Of a DNA stretch of 64,000 nt, positions 13,548 to 26,644 are shown one piece after another. The stretch comes from Camelus dromedarius (Eukaryota). Under the pieces are notes generated by a model. That model was given only the letters and a program-made list of their open reading frames with translations, had not been told where the DNA came from and made no database searches. Positions within the stretch are counted from its first letter, which is position 1, and each line of letters begins with the position of its first letter. The DNA is taken from the NCBI RefSeq assembly GCF_036321535.1, contig NC_087472.1, forward strand, positions 101,930,001 to 101,994,000, given 5' to 3'. A program made the translations under genes and the position numbers.

Positions 13548-14010
13548 TGGGCAGAAGATCTGAATAGACATTTTTCTAAAGAGGAAATACAGGTGGCCAT
13601 AAGGCACATTAAAAGATGTTCAATATCATTAATCATCAGAGAAATGCAAATTAAAACCACAATGAGGTATCACCTCACACTTGTCAGAATGGCTATCATC
13701 AAAATAACCACAAATCACAAATGTTGGTGAGGAGGTAGAAGAAAGGGAACCCATGTATACTGTTGTTGGGAATGTAAATTGGTGCATCCACTATGGAAAA
13801 CTATGAAGTTTTCTTAAAAAAAAAACAAAACTAAAAACAGAACTACTGTATGATCCAGCAAATCCATTCCTGCGTATTTATCCAAAAAAAAGAAAAACAC
13901 TAATTTGAAAAGATACATACATTCCAATGTTCATAGCAGCATTATTTATAATTACCAAGATACGGAAGCAACTTAAATATCCTTCAACAGATGAATGGAT
14001 AAAGATGAAG

Positions 14011-14052
<42 letters not shown>

Positions 14053-14468
14053 GAATACTACTCAGCCATAAAAAAGAATGTAATTTTGCCACCTGCAATG
14101 ACATGGATGGACTTGGAAGGCATTACACTAAGTGAAATAAGTCAGACAGGGAAAGACAAATACTGTATAATATCACTTATATGTGGATTACTAGTGAATG
14201 TAGCAAAAAAGAAACAGACTCAGAGATACAGAGAACTAGTGGTGACCAGTGGGGAGAGGGACGTGGGGAGGAGCAATATAGGGGTAGGGAATTAAAAGTA
14301 CAAAGTATTACGTATAAAACAAATAAGCTCCAAGAACGTAACACAGGGAATATAACCAGTATTGTGTAGTAACTATGAAGGGAATATAACCTTTAAAAAT
14401 TGTAAATCACTATGTTTTACACTTGTAACTTACGTAACACTGTACCTCAACTATACTTCAATTTAAAG
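13545..14468 (+). mobile_element. Older LINE-1 3' fragment with a different 3' UTR and an internal (CA)n at 14017-14051
   Basis: ORF 13927-14295 'MFIAALFII...QEYYSAIKKN...MTWMDLEGITLSEISQ' matches the ORF2p C-terminus; the 3' UTR differs from the preceding copy. Confidence 0.92.
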
Positions 14469-14723
14469 ATGAAAGAAAAAATAGAAGAAAATCATCAGGC
14501 TGTTTCAATGATCTTAATGTATGTAAATCAATATCTAAGTGACAAACTTATTCCAAAATATACCTAGCATGCAACAGGTGGGTGTTAAATGACTCTTTAA
14601 ATAAAATAATAAATTGGCTGCCACTAGGAACATAAAAAAACTTTTAATTACTTTTTGAAATTTTTAAATAAAAGAAAAATGAAACCCAATACCTGATTTA
14701 GGCTGTTTAACAGAGTAATAGTA

Positions 14724-14960
14724 TTAATAGCTAACATTTGAAAAGCACTTACTATGTGCCAGGCACTATGTGTTTTACATATATTATCTTAATCTCCACA
14801 TTCAATTGCAAAGATTATTATTATAATTTCCTTTTTCCAGTTGAGGAAACTGACATTCAGAGAGGTTTAATAAGTTGTCCAAGTTCACACAGCTAGTAAA
14901 ATAGCAGATCTGTGGTTGATCTCAAAAAGTCTATTTCCTGAGTCTGTAACCTTAACTGGC
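14724..14960 (-). mobile_element. MIR SINE
   Basis: 'gcacttactatgtgccaggcact' and 'gaggaaactgacattcagagaggtt...gtccaagttcacacagctagtaa'. Confidence 0.88.
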
Positions 14961-15469
14961 ATAAGACAGAGAAAAAATCGTATGTAAATATGAAAGGTCA
15001 TTTCTTAACAATTTGGTATCTCAAAGTTACAGCTGTGAGACAGCCAGGATGCTCCCTTGTCTCTTGCATTTCCTGACTTCATACAATTTCATCAAGCAAT
15101 AAAATGTTAGGTGGATGTGATGGTGGAGATGTGCCAGCACTCAGACTGTTCTGTTGTGCTGCTTGCCATCAACTCTCCTAGATTTGTTGAGGGAGGTGGA
15201 GGGTGTTAAACCTCTAACTAAAAGCAGGTTTGTCAATTGACAAGGTTCTTATAATTTATGCTTTCCCTTGCCATCAAGACCGCCAACTAGAGAAAGCTAT
15301 TTATAAGGCTGTTTATCCCAAGGTTGTTTATCCCATTCTATTGTGCAAGGAGCATTTTTTATATCACATTTCCAGCACATCTGTACACACTACAAACAGT
15401 GCCTGCTCAACAAAAATACAGATGAGGAGGAGGAGGCTCAGATATACCCAGCAAATTCTCAAAAGGGGG

Positions 15470-15645
15470 TGGTGTGGCTGAGTAGTTAAAAGCAGAACAT
15501 TAGAATCAGATCAGACCTTGGTTCAAATCCTGGTGCCACCACTTATAAGTCTTTGGGCAAATTAGTTAATCTCTTGGTGTCAAAAATAAGTAAGGGGGTG
15601 TTATGAAGATTAAATGATATGATTCGGGTCAAGAACTTGGCAAGA
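15470..15645 (+). mobile_element. MIR SINE
   Basis: 'ggttcaaatcctggtgccaccactta...ttgggcaaattagttaatctc...gaagattaaatga'. Confidence 0.8.
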
Positions 15646-16553
15646 GCTGCTACTCTGTCATCATCATCATTATCATCTCAACTTACCAGTAAAAATTTAG
15701 TAACTATGACTTCATCAAATTCTAAATTATCTATAGACTTCAATGTCATCCAAAGAAAAGAAATAGATCTTTACCATGGAAGACAGAACTGAGAGTCTAA
15801 GATTCTTGGTGACAAACCTTTCCTGGGGTCTTGATAGTGTAAAATCAGTACAAGATGGTGACCTGAGGTGGTCAAATGGAATCAAGACTGGTAATCCCAT
15901 CTGCAGTCACCTGACGATCCTTGTCATTTCCTCAGAGAAATTACCTCCAATACTGTTCTGACTTAGAGATGTGACCCTTTTTCAACTCAGAATGGCCACA
16001 ACTATAGACTGTCAATGCTTGAAGACAACAGAAAGCATGTCTTGGCCTATTCTGCCATTTCACTATTGCCCCACCCCCTGACCCCACAGCCATAATCTCC
16101 AACATGACAGGCTTCTTTGAAGTCTGCAACAATTAAACAGAGCCATGCTCAAAAAAAAAAAAAAAAGGAACAGATTTTGTTAAATGAAAACAAATGAAAC
16201 TAAAGGAAAGGTCATAGTTTTTGTATTTCTGTAACAAATACAATCTAATGATATTCCATATCTGCAAGAATCCCTCTCTCTCTTCTAGGTTATAAGAAAA
16301 TTTCTCCTTCATCAATCATCTTGCATACTTTCCTTAGGGGAAACTGTTTACATTTCATCATATCTTTGAAAATGTAATAGATCTCCATCTTAATCAACCT
16401 TTCTAATTTGGATCATTCCTTTAAAAGGCTAATGAATACATTTATTTTTAAGAATACAACTCGGCAGCGAATTCGACTGGTATCAGAGGTACCATAAGTC
16501 AGTGCAGTTTTAGGGATAGTTTTGAGAATGAACAGCTGTGATGCCCACAGTAA

Positions 16554-17012
16554 CTCTGGCAGATTGATGCAGCAGTGGCTCCCAATTTGTTCAAGTCTCC
16601 CTGTATCCATACTCTTGGGTAGTCTCTTTCTACTCTAACTCTAGACTTGGCCATGTGATTTTTTTGATCAACAGGATAATAGCAAATGTGAAGCAAGCAA
16701 AGATTTGAAAAGCACTTGCACACTGGGGCTATCCTTCTCTTGCTATTCTTAGGACTCTTGCTATAGCTGCCACATGAACAAACCTATCTAGGGCTGCCTG
16801 ATGAATGATGAGAGAAATCCAGCTAACAGCCAGCCAATATCCTAGCTGACCCAGCGACTGTCTGCAGACCCATGTGAGTGATGCCTATTTTAGACCAGCA
16901 GAAGGCTCACCCATCTGAGTCCAGTCCAAATTTCCAGAGCACAAAATTGTGGTGGCTGTTTTAAGCCACTAGGCTGCTCAGTGGTTTGTTATACAGTGAA
17001 AGCTAACTGACC
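16554..17012 (+). mobile_element. MLT1 (MaLR, MLT1H-like) solo LTR
   Basis: 'cttggccatgtga' and terminal 'tgttttaagccacta...gtttgttatacagtgaaagctaactgac'. Confidence 0.82.
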
Positions 17013-17671
17013 CAGGGTCCCAGTGAGAGCAGAGTTGCAGAACCAGCATTGGGGCAGAAGTTGAATCCTATCAGAACAATTTTGCTTATCAACAGCTGTG
17101 AGTGACACTGATGTAAAATAACGGAGGTGAGCACCCCGGTGGTCCACCCCATCCACACACAGTTATCAACAGGTAACTATGAAAACTGGAACAAACGTAG
17201 CTACAGAGGATGGGGTGGGCTGACCCCTCACAATTCAGTGTTTAGTATCAATTGAGTAGCACTTGAAATTATGAAGATTTTAGGAATAGTGGGAGCCTCC
17301 AGTTAAGTGCCACCTAAAACTTCACTTGTCTGCTACTCTGCATCTCATGCTTTGCATAGTAAAGCTCCTGTAGCCCTTGGTTGGATCACATCAACTGGCT
17401 CGCGAAACTGGGACTTGCTCTAGGATTTTTTTTTCCAATCTACTTTTCCTAAGTATATGCTCCGTAGAATATCCCTTCAGAAAAGGGTTCTGTGGTCACA
17501 TAAATTACTGCAGACCCTTGATCCCTCTTAGAATGTACCCTGGCATTTTAAAGACCAGTTTGTCTTCATTTATTCCAGTGCTGAAATATATTGGACCATA
17601 GAATCCTTTTTGTGAGAAACATATATTAAAAACTCATTAACCAATGCTTCTCAGAGCACACTTTGAGAAAG

Positions 17672-17805
17672 TTGTTTTTTAACTTTCTTATGATGAAATA
17701 CAGCGCACATATGGAAAAGTACATGAAGCACAAACACGCAGCATAATGAATTACTGTAGACCAAACAGTCTCGTAACTACCATGCTGGTCAAGAAGTAGA
17801 TCACT
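17672..17805 (-). mobile_element. Old LINE-1 (L1MC/ME type) 3' end fragment
   Basis: 'tgaaatacagcgcacatatggaaaagtac...gtaactaccatgctggtcaagaagtaga' resembles reversed old L1 tails. Confidence 0.5.
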
Positions 17806-18947
17806 GAGTGTGTCAAACAAACCTGTCTGGTCATGTTGGAGTCACCCTGACCCCAAAGGCCACGCAGTATTCTGGTCATCTTTCGGGTGGTCAGGACAGG
17901 CACAACACAGGCAGTAACGGAGTGAGCTTTCCTTACACCCTGCCCCCCATCCACATGCCTCAGCCCTGACCTGGAGGGACTCCTTCAAGAGGCCAATAGC
18001 ATATAAGGACAGCCTGCTGTTCCAGAGCCACGTGTGACCAAGCTGCCCCTATTGACAATGCAACAGTCTTGTTTTCTTACACTGCATGGCAACCCTGGAT
18101 TCAATGACATTGAATCCACTCTCCAGAGATGAAAGGCTATTGGGCAGGTTTGGATGCATCTGCCAAGACTACTAACGAATCCACCATTTCAAGCATTTTA
18201 ATTGGCTGCATAATGGAGCATCAGGGTGCTAATATCAGTAAGATCCCCCAGATGTCTGGGGCATAGTTCAACATTGCAAACCCAATGGAAGGATTTAAGT
18301 TAGGCAGGTGACCATCACTGGACCTGCTGCCAGCAATAGGCTACTTCACTATCTCACTGTCAGGCTTTCCTCAGAGATGGGTGGTACGGGGCGCCGCTAA
18401 AACAATGCAGATTCGTCCATAATTCTTTTTGGCCGTTCACCACTCTTGATCCATCTGTGTAGTTTCCGAACAGTCAGCAATTCTAGGTTTTAAACAATCC
18501 CTAAGTTTCAGTTTCTCTACACTTTATCATCCACTTGTGATTTTTAAATTATTCTAATTCCTTTCTCCATTCAGCTGTTAGAGCAGAGTTCCATATTTAG
18601 TTTTATAAGCTTCCCTCTGTTTTGTTTTATTTTGGGGTTTTTTGCTCACGAATTTTTTTGTTGTTGTTGGTCACAGAACTCTAAGAGTAGAATATGAATA
18701 CAATTCAGGTTAGTCTATAATGTCAGAAATTTTTCAAAAGCTAATTAAAAGACGGACTGGAAAAAATTTTAGCCAGCTAAGGTTTTCCTCAGTTATCTTT
18801 ACTACTGTTCTGCAATCACAGGAAACTTGGAATCTCGATACATTCCTGCTCTGGGTATCTTTGCTTTATTATCCCAAGACAAAAGCTACAGACAGAACAT
18901 TATATTCTGTTGGTAGTGACTGTGGACCAGCCTATTGGAAATCAAAG

Positions 18948-19210
18948 AACCGCCATTTATTGGTTTGCTCCTATATGCTAAGCACTGTACTGAGCTGCGG
19001 ATGTACATTCTGTAGTTAATTCTCTCCACGATTCTAGAAGGAGGTATTATCATCCCTCTTTTATAAGTGAGGAAACTATGAATCACTGAATAAAATAACT
19101 TGATCAAGGTCAGACAAATCAAACAGCCAGTAAATGGCAATGGCAGGATTTGAACTCAAGACTGAATCTAACCCCAAAGTTCATGGCTTTCCCACTGCAA
19201 CACGTTGCCC
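18948..19210 (-). mobile_element. MIR SINE
   Basis: 'ggtattatcatccctcttttataagtgaggaaact' and 'ggatttgaactcaag'. Confidence 0.85.
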
Positions 19211-19316
19211 TCTGGTAAGAGCAGGGACTTGGCAGAATTGTTCTGTGAAAGGGAACTACCCAGTGTTACCTTTGCTACAGGATAATTGGTGAGGAAAAAT
19301 CTTTCTGTTCACTTTC

Positions 19317-19790
19317 TGTCTTGGGGTGGATTACCCTAGAAGCAGAAGCTAAGAGAAGGATTTGAGTGCAAGTCACTTCTTCGAGTGGTGAATCTAGGAA
19401 ACCCCAGTAGGGGAAGTGAGACAGGAAGGAAAGGCAGCCAATAAGGGGAAAGCTAGCAAACACCGAGGGTCACTGGAGCGCACTGCTGGGGAACTCCCAG
19501 AGCCCAGTGTTGCCCCATGCCCCAGAGTGACCCCACCTCATCACTGCTCCAGTGGAGGGGTGAGGCAGCTGGGTTCTGATCCACGAACTCACACCCATCA
19601 TTAGAAGAGGGCCACACGGAGGGATTAGTTCTCCAGCACTTTGGGTCTGCCCTGAGGGCGGGCCCCAGTGCTCCCAGAGCTCAAAATGGTCCTGCTGCTG
19701 GAGCGCTGCAGGTGTTTGTAGTAAAGAGCCTTTGGTGTAGAAGTGGATACCGAGGGGATGTGGCAGAAAACCAATACTGTCTGTTCCACC
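19317..19790 (-). mobile_element. LTR16-family solo LTR
   Basis: 'tgtcttggggtggattaccctagaagcaga...ggatttgagtgcaagt...gggaagtgagacaggaagg'. Confidence 0.75.
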
Positions 19791-21035
19791 CTCTACTAAT
19801 AAAAGCCAATGAAAAACAGAAATAAACATGAGCTCTGGTAAAGGAGAGAAGGCTATAGAAAAGTTTTAAATTCCTCCAAAGGGCTGTGCAGTGTAATAGT
19901 CCTGAGATGTCCACACTGGCACCTTCAAATCTAATTTGCCACACCGAGGAAGCAACACCCACCACACTACAGTTTCATAATTTAGCTATTATTTGAGAGC
20001 AATCCTACTAACAGTCCATTCATTTTCTCTGCAGCAGTTCAGTCACTGAAATTCACCCACTGTGTCTTGTGACTATTAGTGATACTCTGGGAAGTATTCT
20101 TTATGAGCGTGTACAAAAAAAGATTTGACAAAGGTTTCACAGGCAACCTGATACTAAGGACATGATTTCCAAATTTGACTGGGGAATGGGCTGGGCTGGG
20201 TTTAGTCTCAGACACTCTTGTAGCTGGAGTTTTTCCAGCTCACTTTCCCATTCACAAAATGGGGGAGGGGTGGAGAGTAGAGACAGTATTTAGAGATTTA
20301 AAATACTGACTAAATATAGGGGCTTTTTAATACTAATTAACCCACTTAATCCCTTTCAGAGACTAGCACTTTCAACAGCTTTAAAATAGAAGAAAAATGT
20401 AATAAATGGGGAGGGGGTTGACTATTTAAGAAAGCGACAACTGACATTAACTTGCACTGATGAGAGAGGGCTGGGAGGCTGGGGAAGTTCAGAGAGAGCA
20501 AACATTCCAAAGAAAAACAGGACAAAATAGGAAGAATTTTCAGTTTCTGGCTCAATTTCTTGTTCAGTGATGTACAACCCACATCTTGCCTTGCACAAAG
20601 TTGCTGCAATTTAATTCATGTGCTCTTGTAATAGTAGTTTTACACCGAGGAGTAAAAGTAAAATTAGGCTAAGTAGCTGTCAAAGCAGCCACTCTTTTCT
20701 TAACACCCACCCCACACACATGCACGCATGCCTCTAAACACATACCTTTCTGAAGACAATATTTTTCCTTCTCAGAGATGAAATCATTTGTAAGGTGGTC
20801 CACTGCTTGGTATGGACTCTAGCCTCAGGACTTTTTGGTAACTACGGTCAGCGACATTGCTTGCCGATCCCAGCACTAACGATGGAATCAGGCTGACCTG
20901 GGTCAGCATTCAGGTTCTGTCACTTACTCATCTTAATTCTTTTACTTATAAGATGGAGCCAATACTGGTGTCAGTATTTTCTTATCAGCCATAGGAAAAA
21001 TTGTGCCTTAATGGAAAACTATGCACTCTCCAGAG

Positions 21036-21246
21036 CAGGGAGGTCAAATAACCTTTTCTGTAAAGGGCTAGAGGGTAAATATTTAAGTTTTTGTGGGCTA
21101 CATGGCCACTGCTACAAATATTCAATTCTGCCACTGTAGCATGAAAGCAGCCATAGAAAATGCACAAATGAATGTGCACGGTCGTGTTCCAGTAAAACTT
21201 TATTTACAGAAACAGGCAGTGGGCTGCATTTGGCCCATGGGCAGTA
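21036..21246 (+). mobile_element. MER58A-like hAT-Charlie MITE (right end eroded)
   Basis: 'ttttctgtaaagggc', 'gtgttccagtaaaactttatttacagaaacaggc'; flanks ctccagag / atctagag fit the Charlie NTCTAGAN target preference. Confidence 0.88.
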
Positions 21247-21281
21247 ATCTAGAGCACAATTATTACTGTTATTTTTCCACA

Positions 21282-21529
21282 ATGCTCAAAACCCACAGAA
21301 TGGACATCACCAAGAATGAAACCTCATGTAAACTATGGACTCTGAGTGATAATGATATATCAGTGTAGGTTCATTAATGATAACAAATGTACCATTCTGG
21401 TGGGGGGTATCGTTAGTGGGGGAAACTGTGTGCCTTGGGCCAACAGGGCAGGGATTACATAAGAAACCTCTGTACTTTCTACACAATATTGCTGTAAGCC
21501 TAAAACTACTTTAAACAATAAAGTCTATT
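21282..21529 (+). mobile_element. L1MC-type LINE-1 3' end
   Basis: 'atgtaaactatggactctgagtgataatgat...aacaaatgtaccattctggtggggg...aataaagtctatt'. Confidence 0.82.
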
Positions 21530-22149
21530 GTACATCAACTATATGTCAATTAAAAACATACATAATAAAAAACAAAGTCTATTAAATTGGAAACTATTTT
21601 ATAGTGCTTTACATTTTCTAAAACATTTGCAAAGTTGTTGTGAGGAGGTAGTGCAAATACAGTACCTTCACATTCTAGACAAGGAAAGTTAAGCTTCAAG
21701 TACTTCAAGTTCAACTAACAAGTGGGAGAGCCTTCTGATTCTAAGTTCATCATGCATAGAACAGAGGTCAGCTTTGTGGGATGAAATCCTCTGGAAGATG
21801 AGAAAGAAAGCAAAAAGAAATTTTCCTATTTTGCACATTTCATTCCTGACAGAAACAGGAATAAATCCTACTTGCTCTGGTCAAGAAAGTGCGTCCAAAT
21901 ATGAAGGTGAGGGTGTGTGTATGTAGGGGGTCAGCCTCATGTGATCACTCTCATTAACTCCTAGAACACTTTATGTTGAGTTGGTTGTATCTTGAGAGAT
22001 CTCCTTATATTTCAACCTTCCTCACACCTGCCTCTGCTGGTTTCCCAAGGGTAGAGTGGTCCACAAAGATGCCTCCTGCAGATTGTATCCAAAGCTCTAG
22101 GGTGGAACACAGGGCTATCAGTGTGCCAACTTCAGAACCTCTCCAGCAA

Positions 22150-22515
22150 TCTTCAGAACCTCTGCCTGAAAGATCTCCTCTCTCCCCTCTACCCCTGTCT
22201 GACTCATCTTTCTCATCAGGGCCTCAATTTAAAGGTTATTTCTCCCAGAGATGCCTTTTTCTGACCCTCAATATAAGGTTTGTCCCATTATTCTGGCCCT
22301 TATGCCTCTTTTTTTTCTTCAGAGAGCTTATCACCACATACGATTACTTAGATATTTGCCAATTTGTTTACTGCTTAGAGTTCCTCTCCACAGACCATAA
22401 AGTTCATGAGAGCGAAAACATTGACCACCAAGAACCCAGTGTTCAGCACAGGCTCTGACACAGAGCTGATAATCAACAAATTTGTGTTTAATAAGTGAAA
22501 GTATGAATAAATCAA
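22150..22515 (+). mobile_element. L2 LINE 3' end
   Basis: 'agaccataaagttcatgagagc...cagcacaggctctgacacagag...tcaacaaatttgtg...atgaataaat'. Confidence 0.75.
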
Positions 22516-24221
22516 TTAAATTAAATTAATGAAAACTAGTCACCCTTTTTAACCTCACATAACAGCCTTTTTTTCTACTTCTAATCAGACTATGGATATC
22601 AAGATACCAGAGAGATAGAAAAGAATTTGGGAATAAGGACAGATTTTAAATATGGTTATAAGGACTTGGGCTTGTGTTCTGAGTGATATGGGAAGGCACT
22701 GGAGGAGTTGGGACATCCTTTGTGCCACCTTCTACCTCACCTAGCACTCCCTCCCATCCCTATTGACTCATAGTAGGCATTCAATAAATGCGTTGATTAT
22801 TCATGCATGCATGAATCAATGAATAAAAATACGATCTCTCTTCCTAAAGAACTTATGAGTGTTGTAGTAAGATACAATTCATATTCATGCAATTATTAGG
22901 GGATTCCAGGGATGGGAGGGAGTGCAAGATACATGCCAGACTTCAACCAAATATTTGGTTGAAAAAACTTGGGAATCGCATTTATATATTTCATATTGGC
23001 TCATTGTCTGTCTTGTCTCTACTGTTTCAATTATAAACCGCTTCAGAGCAGAGCCCAAGTGTACAACTGACTCAGATCCCTGGGGCCCTAGCACAGAGCC
23101 CAACGTCATGATGTATGCCAAAATAACTCTTCCACGTCTCACACTGCTTTAGCAGGTTGGATGAATTTTGAGTGCAGTGCATTTCACATGCCAGCCCTCT
23201 AGCTAGACCCTGGGTGATATCTCTTGGGGAGTTACCAACTGTGGTTCCCATCATGCAGCCAAGAGACAGCTCTGAGGATTCTGGTCTTTCGCTTCATTGT
23301 CCTGACTCTCCAGTCCTGAGGTGGGAGCAATGGTTGTGTTGTTGATCTGGAAATCACTGGCTTTTCTGCACAAAGACTAGGGGTGGTGCTCCAGGGTTGT
23401 GGAAAAAGCAATGGACTTGCTCAGATCACTATCTGTGTGTCTACAGATGCATTGTTTCATTTCTCTGGGTCTCAGTGTTTCTCACCCATAAAATTAGAGG
23501 GTGGATGGTAGATAAGGGAATTCCTAAGATCCCTTCCTGCTATTCTAGGATTCTAATTCCTGATGTGACATGAGAAAATGATTCCTTAAATGGCCATAAT
23601 CCATCTTCTAACTTCCAGAATACTCCTAAGCTATGTATGCACTATATCTTTGGACCATTTCCAGAGATTTCAGGTTTTGCTCATTTTCAAGGCACTCTTA
23701 TTTCTGAAATGCCAGACCCTGATCAGTTTAGTAACTGGCACTTATTTTTATTTTTTGGCGTTGGATTTCTGACATCTGCAACAACTTCCTGTCAGATTCC
23801 AGAAGGTTCCCTCCTCAAGTGTCTTCAACAGCAGCAAATAATTTACACCCACCCAGGACCCATCATGCCTAAGATGTCATGGGGCATCTTACTGCAATTA
23901 GGAGAAAATGAAACCAGGAGCTCAGTCTGATGAAAACTGAAGTTGGAAGCTACTATTAAAATAGAAATCATTAAAGTAGACAAAAAGTAGCTAAAAGTGC
24001 CAACTCATGTGAGGTAGCATGTTTGGGAGGGTAAGGAGACTGCCAAGTAGTCATGTCTGCTGTTCTGTGGGACAGGACAAACTCATGAGCAGCATTAAGC
24101 ATCTACTTGTTGGTTAATGTGCCAGAGATACTGAGGAGCTGATAAAACAGGAGACACCATTGAAAGGCTCCTGGACAGAGCCTTTAAGCATCATTACCTT
24201 AGATGGCTAGTAATGGGCTAC

Positions 24222-24392
24222 TCTAGGTTGCATTCACCCAGATGCAGACTCTGAGAAAAGGATGGGAATGTAGTAGTTTACACAGGAAGTGATCCTACAA
24301 AGTACCTGTAGAGGAATGGGGAAGTGAGACAGGGAAGGGAAGGAAGCCAATAAAGGGAGTATTATTAAGCAGGGTACCACTGTGGGTGCTGA
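24222..24392 (-). mobile_element. LTR16-family fragment
   Basis: 'gcagactctgagaaaaggat...ggggaagtgagacagggaagggaaggaagccaataaaggg' is similar to 19340-19450. Confidence 0.7.
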
Positions 24393-24578
24393 AGGGGTGT
24401 GAGTAGGGCCCTGACAGCACCTGCTGCATTAACCATGACCACAGTTCACATTACGGGGTAGTCAATTCACAATGAGTTCGGTGTCAGGGGGAAATCAGAG
24501 CATCTTTGAAATTAATGCACCTTTCTGATCTCTGGCCTATCTGCTTCATTTTCCAGATAACAAACCCAAGGTTTAGAA

Positions 24579-24931
24579 CAGCACTGTCCAATAAAAATAT
24601 AACACAAGCCACCGATGTAATTTTCAAAAAAAAATGTTAGTAGCACATTTAAAAAGTCAAATAAAACAGGTGAAATTGATTTTAATAGCATATTTTAGTC
24701 AACCCAATAGGCTCAAACTATTATAGTGTCAGTGTAAACATAAAATTTATTACTGAGATATTTGGCAATTTTTTGTACAATTGCTTTGAAATTTTCCACT
24801 TACAGCACATCCCAGTTCTGACTGGCCACATTTCAAGTGCTCACTAGCAACCTGTGACTAGTGCCTACCACAATGAACAGCACAAATCAAAACATTTCCA
24901 TCACTGTAGAAAGTTCTATTGGACAGTGCTG
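24579..24931. mobile_element. MER33/MER3-type hAT-Charlie MITE with perfect 15-bp TIRs
   Basis: cagcactgtccaata (24579-24593) and tattggacagtgctg (24917-24931) are exact reverse complements; flanks gtttagaa / gtctagtt. Confidence 0.9.
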
Positions 24932-26644
24932 GTCTAGTTAGTTTGTGTCATTTGCTCCAATTTAAAGAGCATATGGGTAGTAGAGGTAGTTGGCAAGAAA
25001 CCAGAAAAGAACCCTAGGATCTTGAGTGAGGCTGGAACCCTGGGCTTTAAATCTTCCCAAAAATAAAAGGAGGGAAGGAGTTCTTATGGAGTCTCAAGCT
25101 ACTGAGTGCCAAGATTAACTTGGCTGGTTTGCACTACTTCCTTGATATAAGAAGATCCAGAGGTCAAGCTCAGGTCTCTCTTGTTCATTACTGGGTCTCC
25201 AGCCCAGGACCTGGCCCATAGGAAGCTCTCAAGAGAGTGCTGCTGAATGTTAATGAGAAGCATCCTTTGGGTGCCTGTCAGAGATCATCAGTAGCTGAAG
25301 GCTGAGGGACAGCTGTCAGGCAACCATGAGAATCACCACCATTTTGGAGGTCATGTGGGTGAAGAAGTCATGAGCAAACTGGTAAAGGGACAGCTGGATG
25401 AAGGAACCTGGAAGAGATGAAGTACCTTCCTACTTACCAATCCTTACTTAACAACCACTTAATACAGCATCCTACAAAGAGAGAAACTGAGGCACAGAAC
25501 CGCAAAGAGAATCTTCCAGCAAGACCATTGTGTTAGCTGGGAGTGAACTGCTGTGACATTGGGCCCAACACACATATTTAACAAGAGGCAATTTGCCCAG
25601 CATTTTATTCCCACAATAAATCTTATCATTTTGTGCTCCTTAGACTGGCTTCTCTTCTCTGCATTACACTAACAGCTCCCTTTCCCAGCAGCGGTGGTAA
25701 TAAATGGTGTGCACACAACATAGAAGTTAAGGTTTCAAGGTGAAGCCTTTGGAAGCGATTCCTTTATAATTTCATTTATGGCCATGCCATATTTCCTGGT
25801 GCAACTCCATAACTCTGTGGGTGGCTTTGTGTGTGTTCTGGAGAAAGGGACAGTGAGATGCATCCCCACCCTTCAATCCTCACACACCCCTCCCAGTGGA
25901 ATTTGGAAGCTAAAGCACCTCCCAGGTTTTTTTAACCTCTCCTACTGTTCATCTGGAGCTGCTTGCTATCCAGCCAGCCATGAGAAGAAATGTTGGAGAG
26001 ACAGCTGCTCCAGGGAGCCTCTTCTAATCCATTCTGCCTACCACGAGGCCCCTTCCCTAGAATTCCAACAGCACTGACTGGCGAGTCAGGCCTCTGTGTT
26101 CTGCCCACCATTTGACAGCCATTTCTCTTGAGAGTGGCAGCTAGGGAAGGATGTTACTTTCCTGTCTCCTTCCCTTCTCCACACATATAGCCCGACCCCA
26201 CCAGAGCACTGGTAACTGACTGACTGACTTAATGAGTGACTGGCAACCTCCATATTTGGTGTATTAAAATCATCCAATTAGTATGGCCTCTCTAGAAGGC
26301 AAACAATGCAACCTGACTGGTCTACATCCTCCAAGAAGAGGCCGAGAGTTCCTACAACCAAGGAGGAAAGAAACTCAATGTATATGTTGTGGTCTAGATT
26401 ACTTTCAAATTCTTTTTGAATCCAAACCATAACCTGACTTTGCATATAGATTTCCCCAACACAACACATACACACAGACACAGACATACACACACAATGG
26501 GAGATCCTACAGCACTTTTTGAAGACACAGTCAATATATTCTTTATCTGGTCCATAGTGGATGCTCAATAAATATTTGCTAAATAAAATCAGTGAAGGTG
26601 GCCACCATTACTTGTTACCCTGGGAAGGCTGCATGATAAAATGG

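Noticed and set aside
21973..22458. 161-aa ORF
   Set aside because: The 3' half runs through an L2 relic and I recognise no homology.
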